In this document: positions 19,756 through 28,755 of the stretch, one piece after another
How the letters are laid out: the number at the start of each line of letters is the position of its first letter
Numbering within the stretch: the first letter of the stretch is position 1
DNA from: an uncultured Hyphomonadaceae bacterium
GTDB lineage: Bacteria; Pseudomonadota; Alphaproteobacteria; Caulobacterales; Hyphomonadaceae
Length of the DNA: 64,000 bases
Assembly (NCBI GenBank): GCA_964415675.1
Contig: CAYQBG010000001.1
Span: 3,359-67,358 of the forward strand
Reading direction: 5' to 3'
The notes under the pieces: generated by a model
What the model was told of the DNA's origin: nothing
Database searches by the model: none
Seen by the model: the letters and a program-made list of their open reading frames with translations, nothing else
Translations under genes and position numbers: made by a program

Positions 19756-21828
19756 ATGCGAGACGAGCGCCTGTTTTCCCTTTTCGAGCCTGTCGATGCC
19801 TTGCCCGGCATCGGCGCAAAGCTCAAGCCGGTCATCCAACGTCTGGTCGATGGCGATACGGTATGGGACCTGCTCCTGCATCTGCCCGAGCGCTGGATCG
19901 ACCGGCGTGTCCGCAACAGTTTTGATACGCTTGAAGCGGGCGAAGTCGCTACGGTGGAGGGCGAAGTGCATGCGCTCAAGGCCCCCTATTCCGCAAAGTC
20001 CCCACATCGCGTGCAGTTATTCGACGGCACAGGATTCCTGACACTCATTTTCTTTCGGGCCGATGGCCGCTGGTTGCAGGGACAATTTCCCGTCGGCGCG
20101 CGGCGAATCGTATCCGGCCGGATTGATGAGTTCCAGGGTGAACGGCAAATGACCCACCCCGATTATGTACTCGATCCCGCAAAGCCCGAGCGGCCGCCCC
20201 AGGTCGAACCGATCTACCGGTTGACGGCTGGTCTTACCAATAAGCGGCTGCATACGGCCATGCTTGGGGCGCTGGAACATATTCCGGGCGAACTGCCCGA
20301 ATGGGGCGACCGGCACCTGATCGCCCAGCGGGGCTGGCCGGCATTTCGCGCTGCGCTCCAGGGTCTCCATGCGCCGGACGCCTGGGACGAAGAAAGGTTT
20401 GCGCTGTGCCGGCAGCGCATTGCCTATGACGAGGCACTCGCCCGCGAAGCGGCATTCGCACTCGCGCGCGCCTCACGCAGCCGGCGGCAGGCCCCGGCCA
20501 TGGTCGCGGCGCGCGACGCGCAACGGGCGGTTTTCAGGGCACTGCCTTTTCGTCCCACCAACGCGCAGCTGCGAGCGGTCAAGGAGATCGGCACCGATCT
20601 TGAGCGCCCGTGCCCAATGCGCCGGATGCTCCAGGGCGATGTCGGCGCGGGCAAAACCCTGGTCGCCGCCGTAGCGGCCATACAGGCACTTGAGGCGGGT
20701 TTCCAGGTGGCCTTCATGGCGCCGACCGAAGTGCTTGCCCGCCAGCAATTCACGACGCTCGACCGGCTCCTGTCACCCCACGGATACAACGTCGCCGCGC
20801 TGACCGGGCGCGACAAGGGGCAGGCGCGCGAAGCCACCCTGATGGGGCTGGCAGAGGGATCGATCCGGGTCGTTGCAGGCACGCATGCGCTTTTTCAACA
20901 GGATGTGCGTTTCTCAAGACTCGGCCTGATCATTGTCGATGAGCAGCATCGCTTCGGCGTGGCTGACCGGGTGAGGCTCGCTGGCAAGGCGGAAAGTCCG
21001 CACATGCTGGTGATGAGCGCGACACCGATCCCGCGTACGCTTGCCCAGTCGGTGCATGGCGACCTCGATGTTTCGATTCTGGACGAGAAACCTGCCGGGC
21101 GAAAACCCGTGGAGACGCGCGTTCTTCCAGACACACGAATCGAGGAGGTGGTCGCCGCCGTCGGGCGAGCCATACAGCGGGGCGAGCGCGCTTTCTGGAT
21201 CTGCCCCAAAGTGGATGTCGAGGATGATGATTCCACAGCGGTCGGACGTCATGCGGCCCTTTGTGAGCAGTTGCGAATACCGGTTGGCCTGGTCCATGGT
21301 CGTCTGAAACCGGCAGAGAAGGACGGCGCGCTGGAAGCCTTCCGAGCGGGCGAAACAAGGGTCCTCGTCGCCACGACTGTGGTGGAGGTTGGGGTCGATG
21401 TTCCAGAAGCGACCATCATGGTGATCGAGCGCGCCGAAGGCTTCGGCCTTGCCCAGCTGCACCAGTTGCGCGGGCGTGTCGGGCGCGGCGACAAAGCCTC
21501 CTTCTGTCTCCTCCTGTACCGCCCGCCGCTCGGCGATACTGCGCGCGAACGTCTTGATACGCTGCGCCAGACCGAGGATGGATTCGCCATTGCCGAAGCC
21601 GATTTCCGCCTGCGCGGGCCGGGCGATGTGCTGGGCGTGCGCCAGGCCGGCGCCGTCGATTACCGCGTCATGGAATTGCCGCGCGATGCTGACCTTATAG
21701 AGATCGCGCGCAGCGACGCAGGCGCTGTAGTGGCCGGCGATCCGGACTTGTCCGGCGACCGCGGGCGCGCGCTCAGCCTTGTCCGGGAGTTGTTTCGTCC
21801 GCGCGGTCTTCCGGACCCGAAATCCTGA
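19756..21828 (+). CDS. recG: ATP-dependent DNA helicase RecG
   Basis: Wedge domain plus helicase motifs GDVGAGKTLVA and IIVDEQHRFGV. ATG 19756 (MRDERLFSLFEPVDALPGIG). Confidence 0.93.
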   Translation: MRDERLFSLFEPVDALPGIGAKLKPVIQRLVDGDTVWDLLLHLPERWIDRRVRNSFDTLEAGEVATVEGEVHALKAPYSAKSPHRVQLFDGTGFLTLIFFRADGRWLQGQFPVGARRIVSGRIDEFQGERQMTHPDYVLDPAKPERPPQVEPIYRLTAGLTNKRLHTAMLGALEHIPGELPEWGDRHLIAQRGWPAFRAALQGLHAPDAWDEERFALCRQRIAYDEALAREAAFALARASRSRRQAPAMVAARDAQRAVFRALPFRPTNAQLRAVKEIGTDLERPCPMRRMLQGDVGAGKTLVAAVAAIQALEAGFQVAFMAPTEVLARQQFTTLDRLLSPHGYNVAALTGRDKGQAREATLMGLAEGSIRVVAGTHALFQQDVRFSRLGLIIVDEQHRFGVADRVRLAGKAESPHMLVMSATPIPRTLAQSVHGDLDVSILDEKPAGRKPVETRVLPDTRIEEVVAAVGRAIQRGERAFWICPKVDVEDDDSTAVGRHAALCEQLRIPVGLVHGRLKPAEKDGALEAFRAGETRVLVATTVVEVGVDVPEATIMVIERAEGFGLAQLHQLRGRVGRGDKASFCLLLYRPPLGDTARERLDTLRQTEDGFAIAEADFRLRGPGDVLGVRQAGAVDYRVMELPRDADLIEIARSDAGAVVAGDPDLSGDRGRALSLVRELFRPRGLPDPKS

Positions 21829-22558
21829 TTGGCTCCGATGAGCCTTGCGCATTGCCGTCATCGGCAGGCGGTTTGCGCGGAAGGTCTTCGGGTACGACCA
21901 GACCGGCCGAGATGATCATCTTGGCCCCCTCCTCAACCGTCATGTCGAGATGAATGATCTCATTGGCATCGATATAAATGAGAAACCCTGAAGTCGGGTT
22001 CGGCGTTGTCGGCACGAATACGCCCACAAACTCCTCGCCCAACCGGCTCTTCACTTCACCACGCGCTTTCGCGGTCAGGAAGCCGATACACCAGCTTCTT
22101 TTTCTCGGATATTCGACCAGAACGACTTCCTTGAACGTGGCCTGCTCATTGGACGCTATCAGTTCAAACAGTTGTTTGAAGGCCGAATACAGGTTCGAAA
22201 CCACCGGGATATTCGACAGCATCCGATCCGAAATCCGCAGGATCGATCGCCCGAGCAGATTCGTGGCCACCGCCCCCAGAAGGATCAGCGCGAGGACCGC
22301 GACAAGCACGCCAAAGCCCGGAATGGCGATATTCGTATAGGTTTCCGGCTTCAGGATCGGCGGCAGGAGCGGCTTGATCCGCGCATCCATGAACAGGATG
22401 AACCAGTAGACGACCCCGATCGAAATCGCGATCGGTGCTGCAATCACAACCCCTGCAAAGAACCGGGCGCGCAGCCATCCAAACAAAGTCGGCTTTGGCG
22501 GCGGATCGCTGGGTGGAAGACCGTGCGGTTCCCGGTCAGATCGTTTCTTTTTTGCCAT
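21773..22558 (-). CDS. DUF502-family membrane protein
   Basis: Two N-terminal TM helices, then EVVLVEYPRK..W..GF and FVPTTPNPTSGF motifs typical of DUF502. The low-complexity C-terminal tail overlaps the recG 3' end by 56 nt. Confidence 0.75.
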   Translation of the reverse strand: MAKKKRSDREPHGLPPSDPPPKPTLFGWLRARFFAGVVIAAPIAISIGVVYWFILFMDARIKPLLPPILKPETYTNIAIPGFGVLVAVLALILLGAVATNLLGRSILRISDRMLSNIPVVSNLYSAFKQLFELIASNEQATFKEVVLVEYPRKRSWCIGFLTAKARGEVKSRLGEEFVGVFVPTTPNPTSGFLIYIDANEIIHLDMTVEEGAKMIISAGLVVPEDLPRKPPADDGNAQGSSEPIRISGPEDRADETTPGQG

Positions 22559-22636
22559 CCGGCTTTTCTCCCGCAAGGGCAAGGGACCTATCAAGCGAGT
22601 GTGTTAGGTTGGTCGTTCAGCGTAATTGTGGCGAAG

Positions 22637-23635
22637 ATGAGTATGACGCAAGACATTGAAGCTTCTCTAAAAGCTCTTGCCCCCCGTCTGCTGGCGGGCG
22701 GTAACGATATTGACGGGCTCAAACGCCTGTCGGGCGGGGCTAGCCAGGAAACATGGGCGTTCTGCGTGACAGGCCCCGAATCAGCGCGACCGCTGATTCT
22801 TCGCCGGGCGCCGGGCGGAGGCGGTGAGGCCCGCAATTCGACCGCGATCGGTCTTCCCACGGAGGCGCGCCTGATCGCAGCGGCCGTTGCCGCTGGCGTC
22901 CCGGCGCCGGGCGTGGCCCATGTCTGCCGCGATGAGGACGGACTGGGCGAAGCCTTCATCATGGAGCGGGTCGAGGGTGAGACCATTGCCCGCAAGATCC
23001 TTCGCGATGACACATATTCCAAAGCGCGGCCCAGGCTTGCCGCAGATTGCGGGCAGGCACTGTCGGGCATTCACGGCATCGACACGGCGCTATTGCCGGA
23101 ACTCCCGGAAAGTTTCGGCACAGACCAGATCGGCCGGTATGAAGAAATCTATCGCGATTTCGATGCGCCGCGGCCGATATTCGAGCTGGCCATCCAGTGG
23201 TTACGGACGAATGCGCCGCGCCCGCTTGCGCCAGTCCTCGTTCATGGTGATTTCCGGCTGGGCAATCTCATGGTCGATTCCGATGGACTGGCTGCGGTTC
23301 TTGACTGGGAACTCGCCCATATCGGCGATCCTCGCGAGGATATAGCCTGGGCCTGTATCAATTCCTGGCGGTTTGGCGTTCCTGAAAAGCGAGTCGGTGG
23401 TTTCGGAGACCTGCCGGATCTGCTTGAAGCCTATGCGAACGCCGGCGGACCTGAGATCGCCAAGTCCGAAATCGACTGGTGGGAAATGCTGGGTTCCCTG
23501 AAATGGGGGATCATGTGCATGATCATGTATGAGGCCTTCCGCACGGGCGCCGATCCAAGCGTCGAACGCGCAGCGATCGGACGCCGCGTCTCCGAGACCG
23601 AGATCGATCTTGTCAACCTGCTCGAAAGGGTCTGA
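22637..23635 (+). CDS. APH-fold phosphotransferase family protein (LvaA/ACAD10-11 kinase-like)
   Basis: 332 aa with LSGGASQETW near the N-terminus and a catalytic-loop-like LVHGDFRLGNLMV...VLDWE. ATG 22637; the listed 487-aa ORF extends upstream antisense to DUF502. Confidence 0.85.
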   Translation: MSMTQDIEASLKALAPRLLAGGNDIDGLKRLSGGASQETWAFCVTGPESARPLILRRAPGGGGEARNSTAIGLPTEARLIAAAVAAGVPAPGVAHVCRDEDGLGEAFIMERVEGETIARKILRDDTYSKARPRLAADCGQALSGIHGIDTALLPELPESFGTDQIGRYEEIYRDFDAPRPIFELAIQWLRTNAPRPLAPVLVHGDFRLGNLMVDSDGLAAVLDWELAHIGDPREDIAWACINSWRFGVPEKRVGGFGDLPDLLEAYANAGGPEIAKSEIDWWEMLGSLKWGIMCMIMYEAFRTGADPSVERAAIGRRVSETEIDLVNLLERV

Positions 23636-23641
23636 CCAGCC

Positions 23642-24022
23642 ATGCATGACCAGCCCTCCGCCCTCGAACTCATCGCCGCCGTCAAGGCATTTATCCGCGA
23701 TACGGCCCGTCCGCAATTGTCCGGCCATGCCGCATTTCATGCGCGGGTCGCTGAAAATGCCCTGGCCATCGTGGAGCGCGAACTGTCTGCCCGCCCGGCC
23801 CGCGAGGCCAAGGAGGCGGAACGGCTGGCAACGCTGCTCGGTGAGGCCGGCGACACGGGCGACCTGAACAGGACGCTCGCCGAATCAATTCGCCTCGGCA
23901 AACTGACGCTGGACACGCCCGGCCTGCTCGAACATCTCAAGGCAACTGCAATTGCCCAGGTCGAGATTGACCAGCCGCACTATTCAGGCCTTGGGATCGC
24001 CACAAAACCCGTGCACCGCTAG
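23642..24022 (+). CDS. Small helical partner protein (DUF6285-like) following the phosphotransferase
   Basis: 126 aa starting 6 nt after the kinase stop. The pattern ELIAAVKAFIRD...FHARVAENALAIVEREL matches my recollection of DUF6285. Confidence 0.6.
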   Translation: MHDQPSALELIAAVKAFIRDTARPQLSGHAAFHARVAENALAIVERELSARPAREAKEAERLATLLGEAGDTGDLNRTLAESIRLGKLTLDTPGLLEHLKATAIAQVEIDQPHYSGLGIATKPVHR

Positions 24023-24026
24023 GGGC

Positions 24027-24923
24027 ATGAAACTGAGATACGTGATTGGCGCGCTTGTCGTCACCCTGCTGGGCTGGATGGCATTCAAGGATATGGTGTG
24101 GACGAGTTGGGTCAGCCGGGGCGGCGCGCCCGTCGCACGCGCCCCTGATCCCACTCAGGCCGGCGTGTGGCTGGTTCGCCCCGCAAGCCCTCCCCCAGCT
24201 GTCTGGGAGCGTGGCTGGGGAATCGACATCTTCATGCTGCCCCCACGGCCCAGCCTTGCCGCTGACGGACCGGTGATTTCCACTTCACAGGATAATCTGC
24301 GCGAACAGCTTACCGCGCGCACCGAAGCCCTTGCGGACCCGCTCGCCGGGATCGGTCCGATATATGTGCCCAGCCTGCGGCTGCCTTCTCCAGCGACGCA
24401 TGATCCAGACTGGACACTTGCCCAGCGCGATCTCGAGACCGCCTTTGCCGCCTATCTGGAAACCAATAATCGTGGCCGGGCTGTCCTTGTTGCGGTGCCA
24501 CCAGGAAGCGAACCGCTGCTTGGCGCGCTGGCAATTCCAATCGCCGAAGCGCCGCAAAAGCTGAAGCAGCGGATGGCCGGGCTCGTCCATTACAGTGCGG
24601 ATGGACCAGTCGCCCCGCCCGAAGAGATTTGCGGGCCCGCTATCGCGCAACAATGCCTTGTCGAAATCCCGGTCATACAGGCGAAATCACCGCTGGCAAT
24701 TCTGGCACCAAGGCTGCCAAACGCGTCTCCGGCATATGAGATCGCCTCACCTGTGACCGCCCGCTCCGCCCTGACAGTGCGCCGCGAAACAGTTCTTGCA
24801 TGGCTGGAAAAGAATGGGGCGCGCGAAGCGGAACCGCTTGGCGGGCTGGAAACAATCGAGGTCGCCCCGATTCGCCGGCCCGGAACCGAACTCACGCCAG
24901 ACATTCGCGGACGCGACGACTGA
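24027..24923 (+). CDS. Hypothetical membrane-anchored protein
   Basis: 298 aa with one N-terminal TM helix (VIGALVVTLLGWMAF), Pro-rich. I recognise no catalytic motif. Starts 4 nt after the preceding stop. Confidence 0.5.
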   Translation: MKLRYVIGALVVTLLGWMAFKDMVWTSWVSRGGAPVARAPDPTQAGVWLVRPASPPPAVWERGWGIDIFMLPPRPSLAADGPVISTSQDNLREQLTARTEALADPLAGIGPIYVPSLRLPSPATHDPDWTLAQRDLETAFAAYLETNNRGRAVLVAVPPGSEPLLGALAIPIAEAPQKLKQRMAGLVHYSADGPVAPPEEICGPAIAQQCLVEIPVIQAKSPLAILAPRLPNASPAYEIASPVTARSALTVRRETVLAWLEKNGAREAEPLGGLETIEVAPIRRPGTELTPDIRGRDD

Positions 24924-24930
24924 CGCAGGG

Positions 24931-25128
24931 TCAGTTCAAAGGCTGGTCATCGCGCTCATCTCCACCGAGGATGGCGATAATCCGGTCCCAGTACTGCAAA
25001 GCCTCGCCATCGCCCATTGCTGCAATTTCGGCTGCGCGAAGCGTTGCGATCACTTCAGCATCCTCTCCATACTGGGCCTTGAGTTGGGCGGCAGCCAGCT
25101 GCGCGCGGTCTCTGTCTGTATCGCTCAT
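24931..25128 (-). CDS. Small acidic hypothetical protein (65 aa)
   Basis: Intact ORF with GGAG 8 nt upstream of the ATG. No recognisable family. Its start codon abuts the TGATCC element on the other strand. Confidence 0.4.
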   Translation of the reverse strand: MSDTDRDRAQLAAAQLKAQYGEDAEVIATLRAAEIAAMGDGEALQYWDRIIAILGGDERDDQPLN

Positions 25129-25154
25129 TGATCCGACTCCGAACTGTGATCGTA
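25129..25154 (+). promoter_or_regulatory. ECF sigma (RpoE/ChrR, ECF11-type) promoter-like element, TGATCC-N16-CGTA
   Basis: TGATCC at 25129-25134 and CGTA at 25151-25154, with a 16-nt spacer. It lies 30-40 nt upstream of the photolyase start. Of the eight TGATCC copies I found by eye, this is the only one with CGTA at this spacing. Confidence 0.55.
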
Positions 25155-25184
25155 TTTCCCCAGAGAGCTTAATCCAAGGAGTGT

Positions 25185-26648
25185 TTGCGGCCAGTGTCTG
25201 ACAGCCATCCCGTCATAATGTGGTTCCGCCACGATTTGCGCATGGACGACAATCCGGCGCTGCATGCAGCTGTGTCTTCGGGCCGACCAATTGTCTGTCT
25301 GTTTAACCTCGACGAAGACAGTGCGGGTCTTCGGCCCATTGGCGGGGCCAGCAAATGGTGGCTCGACAAGTCACTTTCCGCGCTGGCCGGAGAGATCAAA
25401 GTGCGCGGTGGACAGCTGACGCTTCGCAGAGGGCCGGCGAAAAAGGTCATTGACGATCTTGTCGCGGAATGCGGCGCAGGTTCGATTGTCTGGAACCGGC
25501 GCTATGACGCTGCGGGCCGGGAAATTGATGCGGACATCAAGCAAGAGCTTCGGGCGCGCGGGCTGAAAGCCGAAAGCTACAATGGCAGCCTTCTCAACGA
25601 GCCCTGGCACTTCAAAACCGGCTCCGGTAGCTATTACAAGGTTTTCACACCTTACTGGAAAACTGTCTGGAAGACTTATGAGGTCCCGTCAGCGCTCGGC
25701 ACACCCTCATCGCTGGACGGACCGGAGCTGCCATCCGAAGCACTCGATGACTGGCGCCTGCACCCGGGCCAGCCGGACTGGTCGACTGGTTTCGATGCCC
25801 AATGGATACCGGGAGAAGCCGGCGCACGAGCTCGGCTGGACACCTTCCTGAATGAGGCGGCAGCTGGATATGACGCAATGCGCAACCGGCCAGACCGTGA
25901 TGGCACATCGAGACTGTCCGCCCATCTGCGATGGGGTGAGATCAGCCCCAGTATGGTCTGGCGGCGCGTGCGCGAAGCCATGCACACTGGCGCCGTACCC
26001 GAAACGGATGCGATGTCCTATCTGTCCGAAATCGTCTGGCGGGAATTCTCCTATGTCCTGCTGTTTCATAATCCACAGCTCGCCGAACACAATTACAATC
26101 ATGATTTCCGTCACATGCCCTGGCGACACAATGGAAGCGACCTGAAAGCCTGGCAACGCGGGCGAACAGGCTATCCAATAGTGGATGCCGGTATGCACCA
26201 ACTTTGGGAAACCGGATGGATGCATAATCGCGTGCGGATGATCGCCGGTAGCTTTTTAACCAAGCACCTCTTGCTGCCCTGGCAGGAAGGCGAGGACTGG
26301 TTCTGGGACACTCTTGTGGATGCCGATCCGGCCTCGAATTCAGCCAGCTGGCAATGGGTCGCCGGATCAGGCGCCGATGCCGCGCCCTATTTTCGCGTCT
26401 TCAACCCAATCACGCAGGGTGAGAAGTTTGACCCGAGCGGCGCCTATGTCCGTCGCTGGTGCCCTGAACTGAAACGTTTGGACGACAAATACCTCCATGC
26501 TCCATGGAAAGCACCTACGGGAGTTTTGCGGGACGCGGGAATCGAATTGGGTAAGGATTATCCCTTTCCCGTGATTGATCATATGGACGGGCGACAGCGC
26601 GCGCTGGATGCCTATGCCACTCTGAAAGAAAGACGCACGACCGCATGA
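25185..26648 (+). CDS. phr: Deoxyribodipyrimidine photolyase (class I CPD photolyase/cryptochrome family)
   Basis: N-terminal IMWFRHDLRMDDNPAL and C-terminal FAD-binding motifs GWMHNRVRMI and SWQWVAGSGADAAPYFRVFNP. The start is uncertain (TTG 25185 or GTG 25194). Confidence 0.92.
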   Translation: MRPVSDSHPVIMWFRHDLRMDDNPALHAAVSSGRPIVCLFNLDEDSAGLRPIGGASKWWLDKSLSALAGEIKVRGGQLTLRRGPAKKVIDDLVAECGAGSIVWNRRYDAAGREIDADIKQELRARGLKAESYNGSLLNEPWHFKTGSGSYYKVFTPYWKTVWKTYEVPSALGTPSSLDGPELPSEALDDWRLHPGQPDWSTGFDAQWIPGEAGARARLDTFLNEAAAGYDAMRNRPDRDGTSRLSAHLRWGEISPSMVWRRVREAMHTGAVPETDAMSYLSEIVWREFSYVLLFHNPQLAEHNYNHDFRHMPWRHNGSDLKAWQRGRTGYPIVDAGMHQLWETGWMHNRVRMIAGSFLTKHLLLPWQEGEDWFWDTLVDADPASNSASWQWVAGSGADAAPYFRVFNPITQGEKFDPSGAYVRRWCPELKRLDDKYLHAPWKAPTGVLRDAGIELGKDYPFPVIDHMDGRQRALDAYATLKERRTTA

Positions 26649-27961
26649 AACGCATCGCAATCATCGGGTCCGGGATTTCAGGGCTAGGCGCAGCCTACGC
26701 GCTGCACGGGCACGCTGACATCACGCTCTTCGAAGCGCGCAACCGGCTCGGTGGCCATTCCCATACGCTCATCATCGATCATGGCGGTGAGAGTCTGAAT
26801 GTCGATGTTGGATTCATTGTTTATAATGGCCTGAACTATCCTAATCTCACGGGGCTTTTCGACGCGCTCGATGTCGAGACCCAGGCGAGCGACATGAGTT
26901 TCTCGGTCTCCGATCCGAGCGGTTATGAATGGGCATCGTCAGCCCGCGGAATCTTCGCCCAGAAGCGAAACCTGCTTAGTCCACGTTTTCACAAATTCTG
27001 GCGCACGATCCTGCAATTCAACGATACTGCGCGCACACAGTTGCAGGCCGGGGAAATCGGTGACGTCGCGCTTCGCGTCTGGCTTGACGAAAACGGATAC
27101 AATCAGACTTTCCGTGAGAATTATATCCTCCCCATGGCCGCCGCTATCTGGTCGACGCCGGAGCGCGGCGTGCTGGATTTTCCCGCGCGCAGCTTTTTCG
27201 AGTTCTTTGAAAACCATCGCCTGATGCACAAGGAGCGCCCAAAATGGCGCACGGTTACAGGTGGGTCGCAAGCTTATGTGACAAAATTGGCAGCGCGACT
27301 GGGCGAACAGATCCGTCTGTCCAGCCCGGTCGCGCGCCTCGCGCCCTTTGGTGGAAAGGTCAAACTGACGACTGAGAATGGTCACAGCGAGGTGTTTGAC
27401 GACGTCATACTCGCCTGCCATTCTGATCAGGCGCTGCGCATGCTCGACGACAGCTATCAGGCGCAGCGGTTCAATCTCGGCTCTGTCCGGTATCGCCCGA
27501 ACAATGTCTTTCTCCACTCCGATGCCCGCCTAATGCCAAAGCGAAAAGCGGCCTGGGCCAGCTGGAACGTGCTCAAGGGGCATGGCGAATCGGTGTGCCT
27601 CAGCTATTGGATGAACAGGCTTCAGTCGTTGCCAGAAAACCGTCCGACCTTCGTGACTCTCAACCCTCTGACCCCGCCGGCCGATGAAACAGTATTCGCA
27701 CAACTGAGTTTCGATCATCCGCAGTTTGATGGACCGGCTGCGGCAGCCGTGCGCGAGATCCAGCGCTTGCAGGGTCAGGGAGGGTTGTGGTTTGCGGGTG
27801 CCTGGATGGGGCATGGCTTTCATGAGGACGGGCTCAAATCGGGCTTGTCGCCAGCATTGTCTCTTGGCGGGGAGATCCCCTGGACGCCCGAAGGCGTTGA
27901 TATTCACGAACAGCCAGGCAAATCTGGGCCGGTACGCATCGCCAGTCAGGTGGCCCGTTGA
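26645..27961 (+). CDS. FAD-dependent oxidoreductase, amine-oxidase/desaturase-like (UfaD-like)
   Basis: Rossmann motif IAIIGSGISGLGAAY at the N-terminus. The start overlaps the photolyase stop (ATGA). Confidence 0.8.
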   Translation: MKRIAIIGSGISGLGAAYALHGHADITLFEARNRLGGHSHTLIIDHGGESLNVDVGFIVYNGLNYPNLTGLFDALDVETQASDMSFSVSDPSGYEWASSARGIFAQKRNLLSPRFHKFWRTILQFNDTARTQLQAGEIGDVALRVWLDENGYNQTFRENYILPMAAAIWSTPERGVLDFPARSFFEFFENHRLMHKERPKWRTVTGGSQAYVTKLAARLGEQIRLSSPVARLAPFGGKVKLTTENGHSEVFDDVILACHSDQALRMLDDSYQAQRFNLGSVRYRPNNVFLHSDARLMPKRKAAWASWNVLKGHGESVCLSYWMNRLQSLPENRPTFVTLNPLTPPADETVFAQLSFDHPQFDGPAAAAVREIQRLQGQGGLWFAGAWMGHGFHEDGLKSGLSPALSLGGEIPWTPEGVDIHEQPGKSGPVRIASQVAR

Positions 27962-28755
27962 GCAAGATTCCAGCCCTCCGGCTCCTGAAAGGGCGAACAG
28001 ATCATGTGCGATTTTTGCCGTTTGAGCACCGGTTCAGCTATCGGTTGTTCCTGATCGATATCGATATTGACCGGCTCGATGAGGCGAACCGGGCAAGCCG
28101 ATTGTTCAGCATTGATCGCCCGAACCTGTTTTCCTTCAGGCGGCGCGATAATGGCGCCCGCGTAGATGCGCCGCTGAGAGACTGGGCCCAAGACAGGCTT
28201 GGCGAGGCTGGCATCGACAGCCATGATACCACGATCCGGCTCGTCACCTTCCCCCGTCATCTGGGCTATAAATTCGCGCCGCTTTCGCTCTGGTTTGCAC
28301 ATGCCCCTGATGGCGGGCTTCGCGGCCTCATCTATGAGGTCAACAATACGTTCGGCGAGACACACGCTTATGTCGCACCCGTCAGCGGACAAACCGCGCG
28401 CCATGAAGCTGACAAACGCTTTCATGTTTCGCCATTCTTCGACGTCGCCGGCCAATACCGCTTCTCCATCCGGCGACCCGATGATGGCCTTGGCCTTGTC
28501 ATTGACAGTCTGGAGGCCGGGCAGCGCCTGCACATGGCAACAATCAAGGCTGCAGTGAGTCCGGCGAGCGATGGTGAATTCCTGAAGGCGGCACTGGTCC
28601 GGCCCCTGTCTTCGCTGGGCGTGACTTTTGGGATACACTGGCAGGCGCTGAAGCTTTGGATGAAGGGCGCGTCATACCGGTCCAGACCAACGCCGCCCGA
28701 GACAATCAGCACAGTGGCAAAACCCCTGACCGGGGTGGGGGAGGAAACGAGATGA
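27958..28755 (+). CDS. DUF1365-family protein (UfaO-like)
   Basis: N-terminal G.TDHVRF.P..H.F.Y......IDIDRLDE pattern typical of DUF1365. The TTG start overlaps the preceding TGA. Confidence 0.8.
   Translation: MSKIPALRLLKGRTDHVRFLPFEHRFSYRLFLIDIDIDRLDEANRASRLFSIDRPNLFSFRRRDNGARVDAPLRDWAQDRLGEAGIDSHDTTIRLVTFPRHLGYKFAPLSLWFAHAPDGGLRGLIYEVNNTFGETHAYVAPVSGQTARHEADKRFHVSPFFDVAGQYRFSIRRPDDGLGLVIDSLEAGQRLHMATIKAAVSPASDGEFLKAALVRPLSSLGVTFGIHWQALKLWMKGASYRSRPTPPETISTVAKPLTGVGEETR

Noticed and set aside
20914-21861. 315-aa ORF on the minus strand, plus several 100-150-aa ORFs in the same region
   Set aside because: They are antisense to recG and have no motifs.
22172-22636. N-terminal 155-aa extension of the phosphotransferase ORF. 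Similar long extensions occur on the sdhE (19656-19979), mltG (47784-48248), recJ and recG ORFs.
   Set aside because: The extensions overlap neighbouring, better-supported genes on the other strand and are Arg/Pro-rich. Internal ATG/GTG codons with SD-like sequences give proteins of canonical length.
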